Shown here: positions 22,931 to 35,928 of the stretch, in pieces | Numbering within the stretch: the stretch's first letter is position 1 | Layout of the letters: the number at the start of each line of letters is the position of its first letter | NCBI GenBank assembly: GCA_964252035.1 | Contig: OZ176206.1 | Source of the DNA: Podarcis erhardii | Lineage: Eukaryota | Length of the DNA stretch: 64,000 bases | Direction: 5' to 3' (one strand) | The notes under the pieces: model-generated | What the model was told of the DNA's origin: nothing | The model's database searches: none | What the model saw: only the letters and a program-made list of their open reading frames with translations | Position numbers and translations under genes: made by a program

Positions 22931-25696
22931 TCACTTCCAGATTGATTTGGGGCTGAATCCAGGGCAGGGTGAACATTTCCTGTGTTGGTCCAGACTGGAG
23001 GGCCTAGACCTCATTTCCGTTCTACTCTGGCATGTAGGATTTGCCACAGTGCAAACTGACCTTTTTTTTTCCTCCCCAAAATCAAATGCAGTAAAATTCC
23101 ACAGGCCCTAAGGCAAAAAAGTAAGCACTCACAAAGTTTGTGGTCTGTAGCACTTCTGAAAGCAAACTTCTCGTTTATTTTAAGTCCAGTTCCTCTTGGT
23201 CTTTCAAGACACCTTGTTTGATTGGCATTTAATCTCCATGCGTAATTGATGTGTTGTCAAGCAGCTCTCAAATTGTAATGTCATCTTTAAAAAGAAAACT
23301 TGCTGAAGAGCTTGCAAATGATACCCATCTGAAATTGCTATTGTCATTGACAAACTAGATGAGGTTTAGAATGGACTCTTGTGGAAATCCTTCAATAATA
23401 AAATTTGCCCAAGCTATAGAAACTAATTTATCACCCTATTTATACTGGCATCAATAGTTCTGGAAAGAGCCCAGTAAATTAGGCTTCCATTAGACTTCCA
23501 GCACCAACCTCTGGAAATCTATTAATAAAGTTAAGAAGCCCGCACTATTAAATACATCAATAAGAGTGACTACATGGACCTATTTCCTTATTTAAAAGAT
23601 CAATAAACCCCGTTGCTACTTAGTCACAATGTGCCTCCACCTCTGACTTGATTAATAGGATACTGTTAGGGCAACTAGTGAAGAAACGGCCATTTAATTA
23701 AGATATTCAGAGGCCTAGGGTGGATTGGTTGTTGGTCTCTTTCACTTAATACCAATCCACTATTCAAAGGGGCGGTCACCTGCTTATCAGTCAAGTTTTA
23801 TTGCGGGTCTAAAGCTGTCACAATGTTGTATACAGTCAGGTTATAGTCTATCAGCCCAGACAATCTTTGGCACCAAAAGGGCAATTTATCAGTTCCTTAT
23901 ATTGATTATCATGGCAGACGTCACTGAGATTGAAGTGGCACACTTTTCTGAACTACATAATTTTTCAGTGGTATCAGAGAGATGGAGTTACTTTTGTGAC
24001 AGGGTGGTTTTGGAGAACTTTACAGCTACTTTTAATACATACTATAGTGGATACAGTGGGGAAGAACAGCCTTAACTTAGTGGTAAATCATCTGCCTTGT
24101 GTGTAGGTGGTCTCAAATTCTGCCCTGGGATCTCCCGCCCCAAACCCTGGAGAGCCACTGCCAGTTAGTATAAACCAGTAGTGGGGAATCTCTGGTCCAT
24201 GGGCTTAATGGGGGCTGGCTGGCAGGGGTCCTAATTTGGCCCATGAGGCCATTTCCCCAAAACCATGCTCACCTGCCCGACACCTAAAGTCATACATTAT
24301 GTGGGGCATGTAAAGATGCAGCTTTCCCCCAACAGTGGAGTGTGGAGTGCTGCCAGTCAGCTAATTGTCTGCACCCGCAAACCCCTGTGCCTCTTATTGT
24401 GTGGTTGGATTTCAAACTTCATGAGGAAAGGGAAACTCTTCACCTGCCATCATAGTGCAGTCAAGAAACTGAAAGGTGGGAAGTGTCACTTCCAGGGTGC
24501 CATAGGCATAATTTTCAGCTCTGTGGCATCCAGAACCCAAGCTTCTTTCTGTTGACTGACCAACAAAGATTGTTTCCTCTAGAGGAGAAAAGGGGGGAAT
24601 ACAGGCAGGGCAGTCAATAGATCAATAGATCGGTAGATTTTAAATCTCAGTGGAAATATGTAGACACATATATTTTATGTCCTGGGGAGAAAAGCAGCTG
24701 GGGGTGGTAATTTGAGTATGGATGGGGGAGAAATTCAATTCAGTTTGCATTTAAAGGAGAACTTAACCTAATTTGCAGTTTCAAAAACAACATGTGAACT
24801 GAAGCAGCCAGCCTGGGTGGCCCCCTAGAAAGTTTCAGTCTGGTGCTCCCTTCTCAGTTAAATGCATAGGACTGTGGTAGCACATGTAACTCATTGTGCA
24901 AAGGTAAATTGTTGCTATTATGAAGCAGAGATAATCTGCTGGTGTTTCAACAGAGGTCAATTCTGTCAGAGCCACAGCTCTTTCATTAAAAAAATGAAAA
25001 TTCCATGAGTTTTTCCCCCTAAGCAGTCTGAAGAATGTCTTGTCTGTGGCACTTTGGAAGACAATTAATTATATAACGGTCCATATTTGAACCACCATCT
25101 TCATAGAAATGAACCTCCCTCTTTGCAGTTAAAAAAAATTTGCATCCAGGGATCATTGATAAGTATTGATTCCTTGATACTGAAATTAATCAGAAACAAG
25201 CTAGTGTCAATTGACTTAGATCTCCAGAGATAATACTTCAGAACATGTTAAAACTGGATTTTACATTTTAAAGGTTGATAAAGGCTGGGTAAGAAGAATC
25301 AATTGTACCAATTATTTTCATATGCTTTTAAGTTTCTTGAAAAGGACCCACAGGCCTTGACAACTGGTGTCTCCTTTTCTTCTGTGGAAAAATCAAGATT
25401 TCATCTCTCTCATTTCCAAAATAATTGATGGTATAGTCTGGTAATTTTGGTGTGTGCCTTATTCACAAAGGCCAACTGTGGATCTTCAGTCCAAGACTAC
25501 TATTTGAAGAATTAGCCCATGATTCACCACAAATTGTCAATAATCCTATGCACACTTACTTGGAAGTAAACCACATTGCATTCAGTGAGATACTTCTGAG
25601 TAAACATCTAGGGAAGTACACTGCTTTGACTGCTCCTTCCTCCAGAACTGGACAGCCAAAGAGAGGCCTGCTTTATTGTCCAAGGATACAAGAATC

Positions 25697-26322
25697 AGAG
25701 TTCAGTGGCAGAACATCTGCTTTGCATGCAGAACGTCCAAGGTTCAATCCCTATTATCTCTAGGTAGGATGCATAGCTGTCAACTTACAGATTTGAAAAT
25801 AAGGGACCAGCAGCCTCGAAAATAAGGGATCAGCAGCCAAAATAAGGGATTTTAGTCAACCAGCAGCCAAACAAAGCCTCAAGCGGTGGTTCCCACAGCA
25901 CAGCAACCTGGCAAAGGGGATGCAGCAAGGAAAAACACCGTCACCTCTCCGCTGGGAAGCGCTGAGCAAAGGCGAGTCCCCAGGCAACGCGGCCGATTTG
26001 ATCAGCACAAGGCATGCAAACTCCACCCCCCATTTGATCTTAGACTCCTTATTGGGTGAGCAACGCAGCCAAGCAACACAGTTGGAGCCTCCCTCCTCCC
26101 TGGCCGGCAGGGAGGGAGGGAGAGGAGCTGCTTCCTTTGAAACCCAGGAAATTTAAGGGACATCATCAATCCGGGACAGCAGCGGGAAACGGCGCTGGGA
26201 TAAGGGAGTTTCCCACCAAATAAGGGACGGTTGACAGCTATGGTAGGATGGGGAAAGATTTATGCCTGAAACCAGGTTTCTGACTGTCAGTCAGTGTAGA
26301 CAATCTAGCTAGATGGACCAAC
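25697..26322 (+). mobile_element. Squam3-type SINE split by the hAT insertion
   Basis: Head ttcagtggcagaacatctgctttgcatgcaga...ggttcaatcc on the left; continuation gggaaagatttatgcctgaaacc...cagtcagtgtagacaat on the right. Confidence 0.8.
25772..26242. mobile_element. 471-bp non-autonomous hAT element nested in a Squam3-type SINE
   Basis: TIRs CATAGCTGTCAAC / GTTGACAGCTATG; TSD GTAGGATG at 25764-25771 and 26243-26250; repeated AAATAAGGGA subterminal motifs. Confidence 0.92.
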
Positions 26323-26659
26323 TTATATCTTATTTTTAAAGAATTGTACAGTTCTCAGGAAACATTAGGCACTTTAGAATAACAATAACAACAATGCACA
26401 TGAGATAATTTGTTGATATTGGGTGTGTGAGAATTGTAATGTGTATTTATATGCTATTCCATAGTTTTGTGTAATTAACTGGAAATTACTGATATAAAAT
26501 GAAACTTCAGAAATAGAAGATCTCATATCTTTGCTATCTCCAGTAAAGCATCTGCCACCAAAAACTGGGAACCCATTTGATATTTGTTAGAACAGTGGAT
26601 GACACAGGTGTAGATCTGACACATAATAAACCGTTGTGTGTGTGTGTGTTTTTAACCAG

Positions 26660-26822
26660 GACAATGGAAAGTGAAGAAGGGCGAAAAGCCTATATTGTCT
26701 TTCCTACCAGCAAGACCCATCCTTCAAGTCAGAAGGGGAGGAAGAGAGCTTTGAAGGGGAATGGGAGGCGAATTGACTACATGCTTTACACTGAAGAAGG
26801 ACTCTATCTAGAGTGGAAAGTG
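26660..26822 (+). CDS. SMPD3: SMPD3 coding exon, TMESEEGRKAYIVFPTSKTHPSSQKGRKRALKGNGRRIDYMLYTEEGLYLEWKV (163 bp)
   Basis: aaccag|G acceptor, GTG|gtaagc donor. Contains the GRRIDY motif. Phase 2 in, phase 0 out. Confidence 0.97.
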
Positions 26823-27049
26823 GTAAGCCCAGTCACATATGAACAAGCATACTGATAACAGTTCTGCATGTCAGAATTTGGGATCAGCTGTGATGGACAA
26901 TGCTTCTTGATTCAAACAGCATTCCCCAAGGCTCACTATGAACAGTCACCCTCTGATGGGATCCCATTATGTTAAGATGCCCCTGGGAGGATGCCCAGTT
27001 TTGTTTTGTTTTTTGCTTCAGCCATACTGTAGGCAGGGCATCATCATTC

Positions 27050-27405
27050 TAGAACTCAGAATCAGCCAATGAAGCTGAATGTCAGAAGATTCAGGTCAGG
27101 CAAAAGACAGGACTTTTTCCACACAGCAAATAGTTAAACTGTGAAATTAGCTCCCACAAGAAGTCACGGTGGTCACCCATATGGATGGCTTTAAAAGAGG
27201 ATTAGATAAATTCATGGGATACAAGGCTATCAGCAGGTACTTGCCACGATGGCAATGTTCTCATCCCACTGTTAGAGGCAGGATTCCTCTGAAGAGCAGT
27301 TCCTGGGACCCACAGGTGGGCAGAGTTCTGTAGGTCACTATGAGAACAGAGCACTGGAAGATGTGCCAGGTCTTTGGCCTGATCCAGGCTCTTCTGATAT
27401 GTTTA
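27050..27405 (+). mobile_element. CR1 LINE 3' end in the last SMPD3 intron
   Basis: Homologous to 2860-3285 (gatggctttaaaagaggattagataaattcatgg...ggctatcag). Confidence 0.75.
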
Positions 27406-27431
27406 TTTTCATCTGAAACCTTAAAAGTGGT

Positions 27432-27433
<2 letters not shown>

Positions 27434-27471
<38 letters not shown>
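27434..27471. repeat. (CA)n microsatellite about 45 nt upstream of the last SMPD3 acceptor
   Basis: Seen directly. Confidence 0.95.
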
Positions 27472-27472
<1 letters not shown>

Positions 27473-27517
27473 ATAGAGCTCTTTTTAAAAGTCATTTCTT
27501 TTGCTGTTCCTCCACAG

Positions 27518-27619
27518 GAAGTGGAAGAGTTCAGTTTCATTACTCAGCTGGCAGGCTTAACTGATCACCTGCCTGTTGCCATGCGCCTGATGGTTTCAAC
27601 GGGAGAAGAGGATCCTTAA
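27518..27619 (+). CDS. SMPD3: SMPD3 last coding exon, EVEEFSFITQLAGLTDHLPVAMRLMVSTGEEDP* (33 aa + TAA)
   Basis: ttcctccacag|GAA acceptor. Contains the catalytic TDH motif. Stop TAA at 27617-27619. Confidence 0.97.
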   Translation, partial: EVEEFSFITQLAGLTDHLPVAMRLMVSTGEEDP

Positions 27620-30600
27620 AAAAGGACCGGTTTTTTGTCCCCCAAGTGTGTAGAGGAGGGAACTTCCAAACTTGTGACCAAGATGCAAGACAGAGTGTGG
27701 GATTTTTCGGATGCCCCCACCCCCTCGAGACCAGGCTTGACTCAGACTATCCTCTGGCTGCGATTCTACCTGCTTTTCAGATTCCTCTCCATTTGCATCC
27801 TGTTAGGAAGATGTTAAAAAGGGAAGCAGAGAACGTATGTGAATGTGTGCATGGGGAGATGGGGAAGGGAGGGGGGTGTCAGCCCACCCACAAGCATCAC
27901 AAGTTGCCAGGCAACCGGGCAAGCCTGTATTTCTATACTTTCACTGTGGACTTAAAAGGAACCAAGGTAGAAGTCCCAATTCTTTTGAACCAGTGCCATT
28001 CTTACAAAACAATGTTTTTTATATATATATACTGATATATAGCACAATTTAGTTTGTAATCAGTCTATGTGTTAGTGCTGCTCCAAAAGCGAGTTTTCGA
28101 ATCATTTCTTTATATATCCTTAATGAGCTAATGCTTAATTTCTCTCTTCTTCTTTTTTTAAAAAAATCCTTTTCTTCCCCACCCCCTTTCCTTTCCTTTT
28201 TTCTTTTTAGCCTGTTAATGTTGTAGTAGCATGCCTGCGTCAGAAGCATGCCTCCACATTGCATGCCACTCACTTAGGAATGGAATGGTCAGTGAGGTAC
28301 CATTGGGGTGGAGGTGGGTGGGCAGGTAGGGGAAACGAGAAGAATGGCAATGGTAATTCAGAACCCAAAGCATCCTGGCCACAGCATTCTTAGGACCTTC
28401 AAAACCCAGGTTTGGAAAACAGTGTCATATTGCCTATAAGCAGGCAACTGTCAAAACAGTAGGGCCAAATCCTAAAGTATTCTCTACCAATGCAATCCTG
28501 GAGATAAGATTTCAGAAGATACTATGGCAGATGTGGCAGATACAAGTGGCGGCATCTTTCCTGGACTGGTCCATTGCAGCTTGCAGTATGAGAGGTTTGG
28601 CACACAAACATTCAAAGCTGTCTTATGTCACCACCAGACAATAAGTTGTATCTAACAAAGTGGAATGGAGTTGCCCCTCGTTCTCCTTCCCTTCCCCAAA
28701 ACCTGTTTGGGGTTCCTCCCCAACCCTCCAGAGCAGATTTTGGGATGCCCAGGAAGGAAGGGAAGGAAAGGAGGTTCTGCTGTGCTTCTGTGCTTTCTTG
28801 GATACAACCCCGTCAGTCTAATAATCTATCTCAACTTTGTCTGCTCTGACTCTCTGGTGGCTCTGACCTGATCTGCAGCAACTTCTGTGTGGATGAGGCC
28901 ATAGTTACCCTTCAGGTTCTGAACTTTTGTGATACCAAAATGCATTTAATAATGCATATTTTAGAATAAAATGCATACATTGAGACAAAATACATACTTA
29001 AATATTTTGTGATAAAATGCATATTGAAATCCATATCAAAATACTGAAATACAAATTCTTGTGCAGTTTTTTTTTATAAAAAAAAACACAGATTAATATG
29101 GAACAGGAACAGATTGGATTTATGAATAAACACATGTAACGTTGGCGTAGACTATGGAACCCACCCCAGTTATGTGAATATTGGAACATTCCTCCACCAA
29201 AAGATGGTTCTCAGCACATGGAAAGGTAGTATGTCAGGGGAAAGGCTAGCCTAAACCTTCTCTCTAGTGTGTTAGTTTTCTATAGGTGGTGAGTGGGAGA
29301 ATTGAACTATGTAAACCCAGCCATCACAACCACAAGGGAAACATGACCAATGGAGTCTGCTGAATGCCTGAATTGGCCCATAGACCTACTGAATATGTCA
29401 ACAAAGTGGCACGGCTGAATCCAATGCAGTTCCAGTGCTGTCTGGATGAAGGAATCGCATGGAACAGATGGGTCATGTGCAATGCAACCACACCAGTGCT
29501 ATCAACCCTCAAGGAGGTATAGCACCAATGCAGTTGCTTCCTGTTCTGCCTGCCCATCCCAGTGGGATTTCTTCATTTGAGCACGATCAGAGCAACATGG
29601 GAACCAGTCACAGGGAAACAGTGGCTACTCTAGTGATGTGTATATTCATTGTGAGAACAGAGAGAGCAATTCAAGGAAATAGGTGGTGGAGGGCCTTAGC
29701 TAAAACACAAGCAACTTCACCAGAAGCGCATAGCAAGGCACAGTAGGAAAGTTCTGTAAATTCTGAATCAGACAGATTAAAAGTGCCACATGCGGAAGAT
29801 GTGCCTGTCACTTCAAGGAGAGGAAGATCTCACACATTACCATTTGTACCTCTTAACTTTTGTTGCAGAAGATTTATTTGCTCGCTCTTCTCTTGTGCCA
29901 TTCCTGCCCCGCTCCCCCAGCTTGGTGGTTCAGCTTGATTTGAGGTGGTGGACTGAAATTTCTGAACCCCATCCCTCTTTCCACAGCAGGGTTTGTACAG
30001 CATGTATGAAGCAAAGAGTGTCTTTAAACACATGCCGAGTGCCCGAGTTTCCCCCACTAAGAACCATCAAGTGTTCCCTGCCCACCCATTGATAGAGGGA
30101 GTGGCTTCTGGGGCAGCGTGGCCTAAACATGACTTCCACTGTCCAGTCACAGCACCTCATTCGTTTATAAGCTCATTCACTTGCAACACTCACAGGAGGC
30201 AGAGACGACCACCAATTTGGATGGCTTTAAAAGAGAATTAGACTGGAGAGTTAGAATGAAGGAGAAGTCTATTGATGGCTACTAGCCATGATCTTGTGTT
30301 TGAATCCTGCTTGCTGGTTTCCCACAGGCATCTATAAAGTTCATGAATAAGTACCTAGACACTATTATCTATTTCCTACCTGAACACAAATTTATTTTAT
30401 GAACTCTGAATAGACCCTCACCTGCAACCATCTGTTTCTCTCCTAGTCTGCACTTCTGATGTGACACTTTCCTTTTTTAGAAGTGACAAGCACACCTTCC
30501 AGAGCAGGAAGAATCTGTACCTCTCCAAAATAGTATTGCCACTTATAAATGGTGGAAGATCAAATGTCATAGATCAACCCAATCTGCTTTTCATATCCCT

Positions 30601-32059
30601 CTTGAATTTTCAAATATGCTTAAGCAGTTGTGGGCTTGCCATTCAGCATTATGCACACTGAAACATGTTCCTGTCATGTATTAGGTACACTGGGAGGCAC
30701 TCTTGTTGCCTGTTCAGCTCCACGGTTGCCAAAATACATTAGGGTGTAGCATAGATTGAGCCAAGCCTCCCCACCAGTCTTTAGCGAAATCTCTGATTTC
30801 GCAATGGTTCATAATTCTGCGGTTCTGCAGCTAAGGGCGACAGAGGTTGTTGCCAGTGCAACCAGTGCCACATTTTGGATCATCTCGGGAGAGAAGGGTA
30901 AGCCCCCAGTTAGTGTATCTTTGTACAGATGCACTAATTGGGGGCCATCCTCAGTGGAGATCATGTCTCAGAATCTGGCAACAGATCTCAGTGCTATGGC
31001 TGTGAGATTGAACAAGATGTACCATAGAACCAGATGGCTCCAGAAGCAGGGTTTTTCTTTGCCTCTCCTGAAAAACAAAGAACAAGAAATCAAGGAAGAT
31101 GAAATAAAAGACTGGTGGATCAGAGAGAACTGATTGGAAATGATGCAAACATTTCTGGAGAAATGGAATACAGTGCAAACATAATATTAAAAAAAAGTCA
31201 TGGGGTTTTCTCTGTAAAAGTCAGGGTTGGTGCACTTGAAATGGCTCTAAAAGGGATTTGAAAACTGACTTGGACAATGGGATCTGTACCAGGTTATGAA
31301 GTCCATAATGACTGCAAAGGCTTGCTACAGGTGGGCCATAGCCTGTAGCACATCATTGCACCTGCAAAATTCTGGAGACATCAGAGTGGGAAGAAATTTG
31401 CCTTTTCACAACCCTCGTAGAGAAGGAGACTTGACTGCCTCAGCTTTAAGGGGAATCACCTTTCTCCTCCCATGCTTTGAAAGCCTAAGCAATAGTAAAA
31501 CTTCCACAGATGCCTGATCAGGCCATTCAAAAGCAGGGAACTCCAGAAAGCAAATAGCTGTGAGCAGAGATTGCAGCAGACCTGCTAAGGCACCACCAAT
31601 GGTGCAAACTGAGACAGGGTGGAAGGCAGGGAGGCCAACTGGAGGCAGAGGCCGAGACAATGACAGGCGGTACCAACTGGCTCTGCATTTGTTCCCATCC
31701 TCCTCCCTGCTGTGTTCTACGAAGGAGGAAGCTGACGGTCAATGCCACAAGCCATTGTAAGAAAAAAGGCAGGCAGGCTGTGAGGTTGGTGGGGCAGAGC
31801 CCATTTGCCCTAGATGACTAGCACCCACAGGGCTGCTTTGCATGTTCCAAGGAAACAGAGACAGAAAGTGTATTAATCAGGGCTAGTTTGGATCATGTCC
31901 AAATCAAAGCACCTTTATGGACTGTACCAACCCCTGTGGTGGTGATGACCAGGAGCAAATAGGATTTCATCACCCAGAACAGAAATCAATCTGCAATAAA
32001 AACTGCTAGCACATTTGTAAAGCTAAGCAGGGTCCAGTATGGTTTCAAATTGGATGGGG

Positions 32060-32140
32060 GACTGCATGTTGAGATTTCTGCATTACAGGGGGCTGGACTA
32101 GATGACCCATGGGGTCCCTTCCGACTTTCTGATTCTATGA
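32060..32140 (+). mobile_element. CR1 LINE extreme 3' end
   Basis: ggactagatgacccatggggtcccttccgactttctgattctatga, with the (ATTCTRTG)-type terminus. Confidence 0.75.
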
Positions 32141-35100
32141 GAGAGATAAGAAAAATGCTCCCTCCCCACATATTCATCTGTCTTCATTGCATCAAACTTT
32201 CTCTACAGGGGCATGAACCAATGGATTTTCTAGTTCATGGCCCAAGCTAAACCTGACTGATGGTTTTATCTGCAACATTGCTTCTCATTCTACTTTTCTG
32301 TTTTGCTTGTATTTTATTAACTTTTTTCTGTCCAAAGCAGTATGAATTACAGCTCATATGCTGTCCACCATCTCTGTCTAGAATGTTTACCACTAGCAGT
32401 AAAACTAAGCCAAGGCGCAGTATTTAAATAGCTCCCTTTAAGCTGTGTAAATTACCACCAGATATCCACATTCTGTGAGTAGCTGAAGTAGACATGCTGT
32501 GTGGTCTATAAGTTATTGTACCAATTACTGCCAAACTGTGCTACACTATTTACAGTTTTAAAAACCCACAAAAGCTAACTGTCTAAATTACAGGTTACTT
32601 TCTGGGAATTCTTGCTTTTCTATAAAAAAAGAAAGAAAGAAAGAAAACCAAACCAGGTTTTTCCTTCTTCCCCTTTCAAATTTAGATGCGTTGAGATTTC
32701 TTTTTTGTGTGAGTTGTGGGGTTTCTTTTCGGGGGGGGGGCAGGGTCAGTTTTGAAGTAAACTTTCTCAGAGTTTATCATTCTTGGATATTCTCCATTTT
32801 TAAAACTGTAGAAAATTTGATAGTTGTAAAAAGAGGTAGATACTTTTGGATCAATCAACAACAATGTCATTCGTAACCATTGAATAGTATTGTGGGTCAA
32901 ACTTTGGGGAAACTTTTAGGCTGGGAATCGTATTCCTTTGCCTTATTAGTGCATTGACCTTGTGCCTTCTGCTGCCTTGATATGCTATGGAAGAGCTGGA
33001 ATCCTATTTGAGGGCAAATGGAAGAAATATACTTCTCATTCCAGAGATCAGTGTTTTGAAAAAGAAAAGTAAATTCTGTACATCTGTGATCACATTCTTT
33101 CCTGTTATTGCAAATTTACATTTTGTCCAGACAACAGCTGTATTATGTACATGGCCTAAAGTCCCTTAGGATCCAGTTTTATTTTCAATGATGTGGACAC
33201 CAGATGGAAGGATAAAACACCCAGATCTTAGAGCATATTCCAGTATTCCACATAACCCATTGGTGGGAGGAGGTCACAGGAGCGGTTTCAGTTGTCACTG
33301 AATACCACCTTCTCCTCCCTATTTGTTGGGGAGGGGAGAAATCTTGAACTTATGCGAAGGTGGTGAACATGGTGTGCCCTTTGTCACCTTGTCCTTAATC
33401 CCTAGTTGAAATGTGGCTATTGAATCCTGTGCATGCCATCCCAGTCCTGCAGATAAAGGCAGTCCCTGAGCTGCATGACTGATTCTGGTTGCCATGCCTT
33501 GCCCCAGACCAGCCTTCCCCAACCTGCTGCCCTCCAGGTGTTTTGAACTACAGCTCCCATCAGCCTCAGCCAGTGGCCACAGGGGTTGTAGCCCAAACAT
33601 CTGGAAAGCACCAGGCTGAGCCAGAGGAAGCTGAGCACAGGCTCTGATGTATGTTGAATTTATAAGTCTCCAATTCATGCACAAAGGGTTATCACCAACC
33701 AAGCTCTAGTCAGAATAGGCCAAATGAAATTAAAGGACCTAAGTTATCCATATCCACCAATTTCAGTGGGTTTACTCTAACTAACCATGGATATAACACA
33801 ATCCTTTCCCATTGGCTGACCTGTATGTTGCAAGGAAAAATGCCCTGATTTATTCACATGCACACCAATCATAACTGTGTTAATATGTGTCTGCATTTTG
33901 TATTTAGGCATTGGTTCCTAAGAACTTGATTTCCCACACTTCTACAACTAGCCAGTTCCCTACTAAAGGGACTCCCCCAAGTGTTTTTCTAAGACTAGGA
34001 AATGTTGACATTTGAACAGGCATCATGTGCACATGCACAACGCCAGCAAAGTGATACTAGAGATAGAGGATTTCTTATGAAAGCCACCTCAGGTTTGGCT
34101 CATGCCGACCGTTCAAAATGGTTAACTGGTCGACTCAACGAGCTCCCCAAAGGCCTGTTTAAATGGGAGAATCAAATTCAAAGGAGCAGAAACCATCTGC
34201 ATCTCCTCAAAGCCACTCATGACTCAATGAGATACTTGCTCCCTAAGGGAGGATGAGACCAAGGTTAGTGCTGCCTGCATAATTTATAGAACTCTACAAG
34301 TATCCTGTGAACCATAAAGCTTTGAAAATGGGTGGAATTTTTGAACTCCAGGAAAATGGGGACATATGGTTCTGGGCAGGGTCAAGTATAGTTAAATCCG
34401 GACAGGTGGTCATGGCAGGTCTCTCTATCCAGGAATAATAACTCTGGACAGTTCCCAGTAGGTCTTGCTGGCTGAGTTGTGAAAGATGTTGCCACAATAG
34501 GGAGCTGAAGCCAGCTGAGGCCTTCTAAAGCAGGCAAGACCTATTCTGCATTAAGCCCTACCTCCTTGAAGGAGACACCTACATTCCTTAAGAGGCCCTT
34601 ACCCAATTCTATGTCCTTTGGCTTCTGTGAGGTCTAGAACATTTCTCTTCAACCTTGGGTATCCAGGTGCTGTTGGATATGCTGGTTGGGAATGATGGGA
34701 GTTGGAGTCCAACAACATCTGGGGACTTAAGGTTGAAGACCAGTAGTCTCATTCTCTAAGTCTAAGGTTGGTTGTAGGTCAACATCCTCTAGGCAGGAGA
34801 TCACGGGACCAGCTACTGAATATTCTCTCCTGAGGAAAGTGACCTGAATCTTGCACTCATCTGAGTCCTGTGGGATCTAGCATCATGGTACATGAGATGT
34901 ATCTAGGAAGTATAGCCTGAGACAGCACTATGCTATTCTTAAAGTATTATATAACACTACCATGAATCCCCTTAGATACAGGATACTTCATTGTCCTTTT
35001 TAGAGTTGCCATGGAATTTCACCAAGGACATTTTGAAAGTGAATTTGTTGGTCCCTTGTTAGGAGAAACATTTAGGGGATTTTAAGGGAAGAAAAAAGTT

Positions 35101-35361
35101 TTGAAAAACATTGAGCAAAGAGTTTTACAAACATGCTTGTTTGGACTCACAATAAACAGGTTGCTAGGCCATGGTGTGCTGTGACCTGCCATTCACCAGT
35201 CAGCATTAGGAATCCAAGTACAGGGAGTACAGGGCTGGTGAGAAAACACCCTGCAGTGAGAAAAATCCAGGTGTCAGAGGGATCAACAGATTTTGTTTAA
35301 AGTGATCCTTCAAGGTCATTTTTGGTTGATTCCTGCTCCAGAGAAAAGTATTAGGAATGTC

Positions 35362-35400
35362 AAGGAAGGAAGGAAGGAAGGAAGGAAGGAAGGAAGGAAG
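35362..35400. repeat. (GGAA)n microsatellite
   Basis: Seen directly. Confidence 0.95.
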
Positions 35401-35928
35401 GGGTTTTTAATGAGAGAAATTAAACAAGACCAACTATGTTTCCAAGAGAGCCTCTCCACATCCCTAGTTCTTCTTAGGCAATTACAGGACATCAGCCCCC
35501 CTGGCTACTTAAGGGAAAACTCCTGCTCAAGCTGAATTACATTCAAGAATATGCTCAGGGCCCCTCAGTCTATAAATTCACAGCCCTCTTACCTAGGAGT
35601 CAGTCCTATTTAACTCAGTGGGACTTGTGTTTGAGCAAACAGGAATAGGACTGCACTATCAGTTACTGAGTGACTGTGATTACACTATCCATCATAGAAT
35701 ATGGTTTCCAACTGGATATACTCGGTGTCAAGGGTCACCAATGTGATGTGCTTTCAGTGCTTTAGACTTCAAATTCCATCTGCCCCAGCCAGCATGCCCA
35801 GGGATTGTGGGAATTGTGGTCCTCAACATCTTGAGGGCATTGTGCTGGCTATCCACGCTCTTTACATACAGTCCATAAGAACACACCCACCTTCACAACT
35901 TCCTCTCTTGAGAAATATTGGACTCAAC

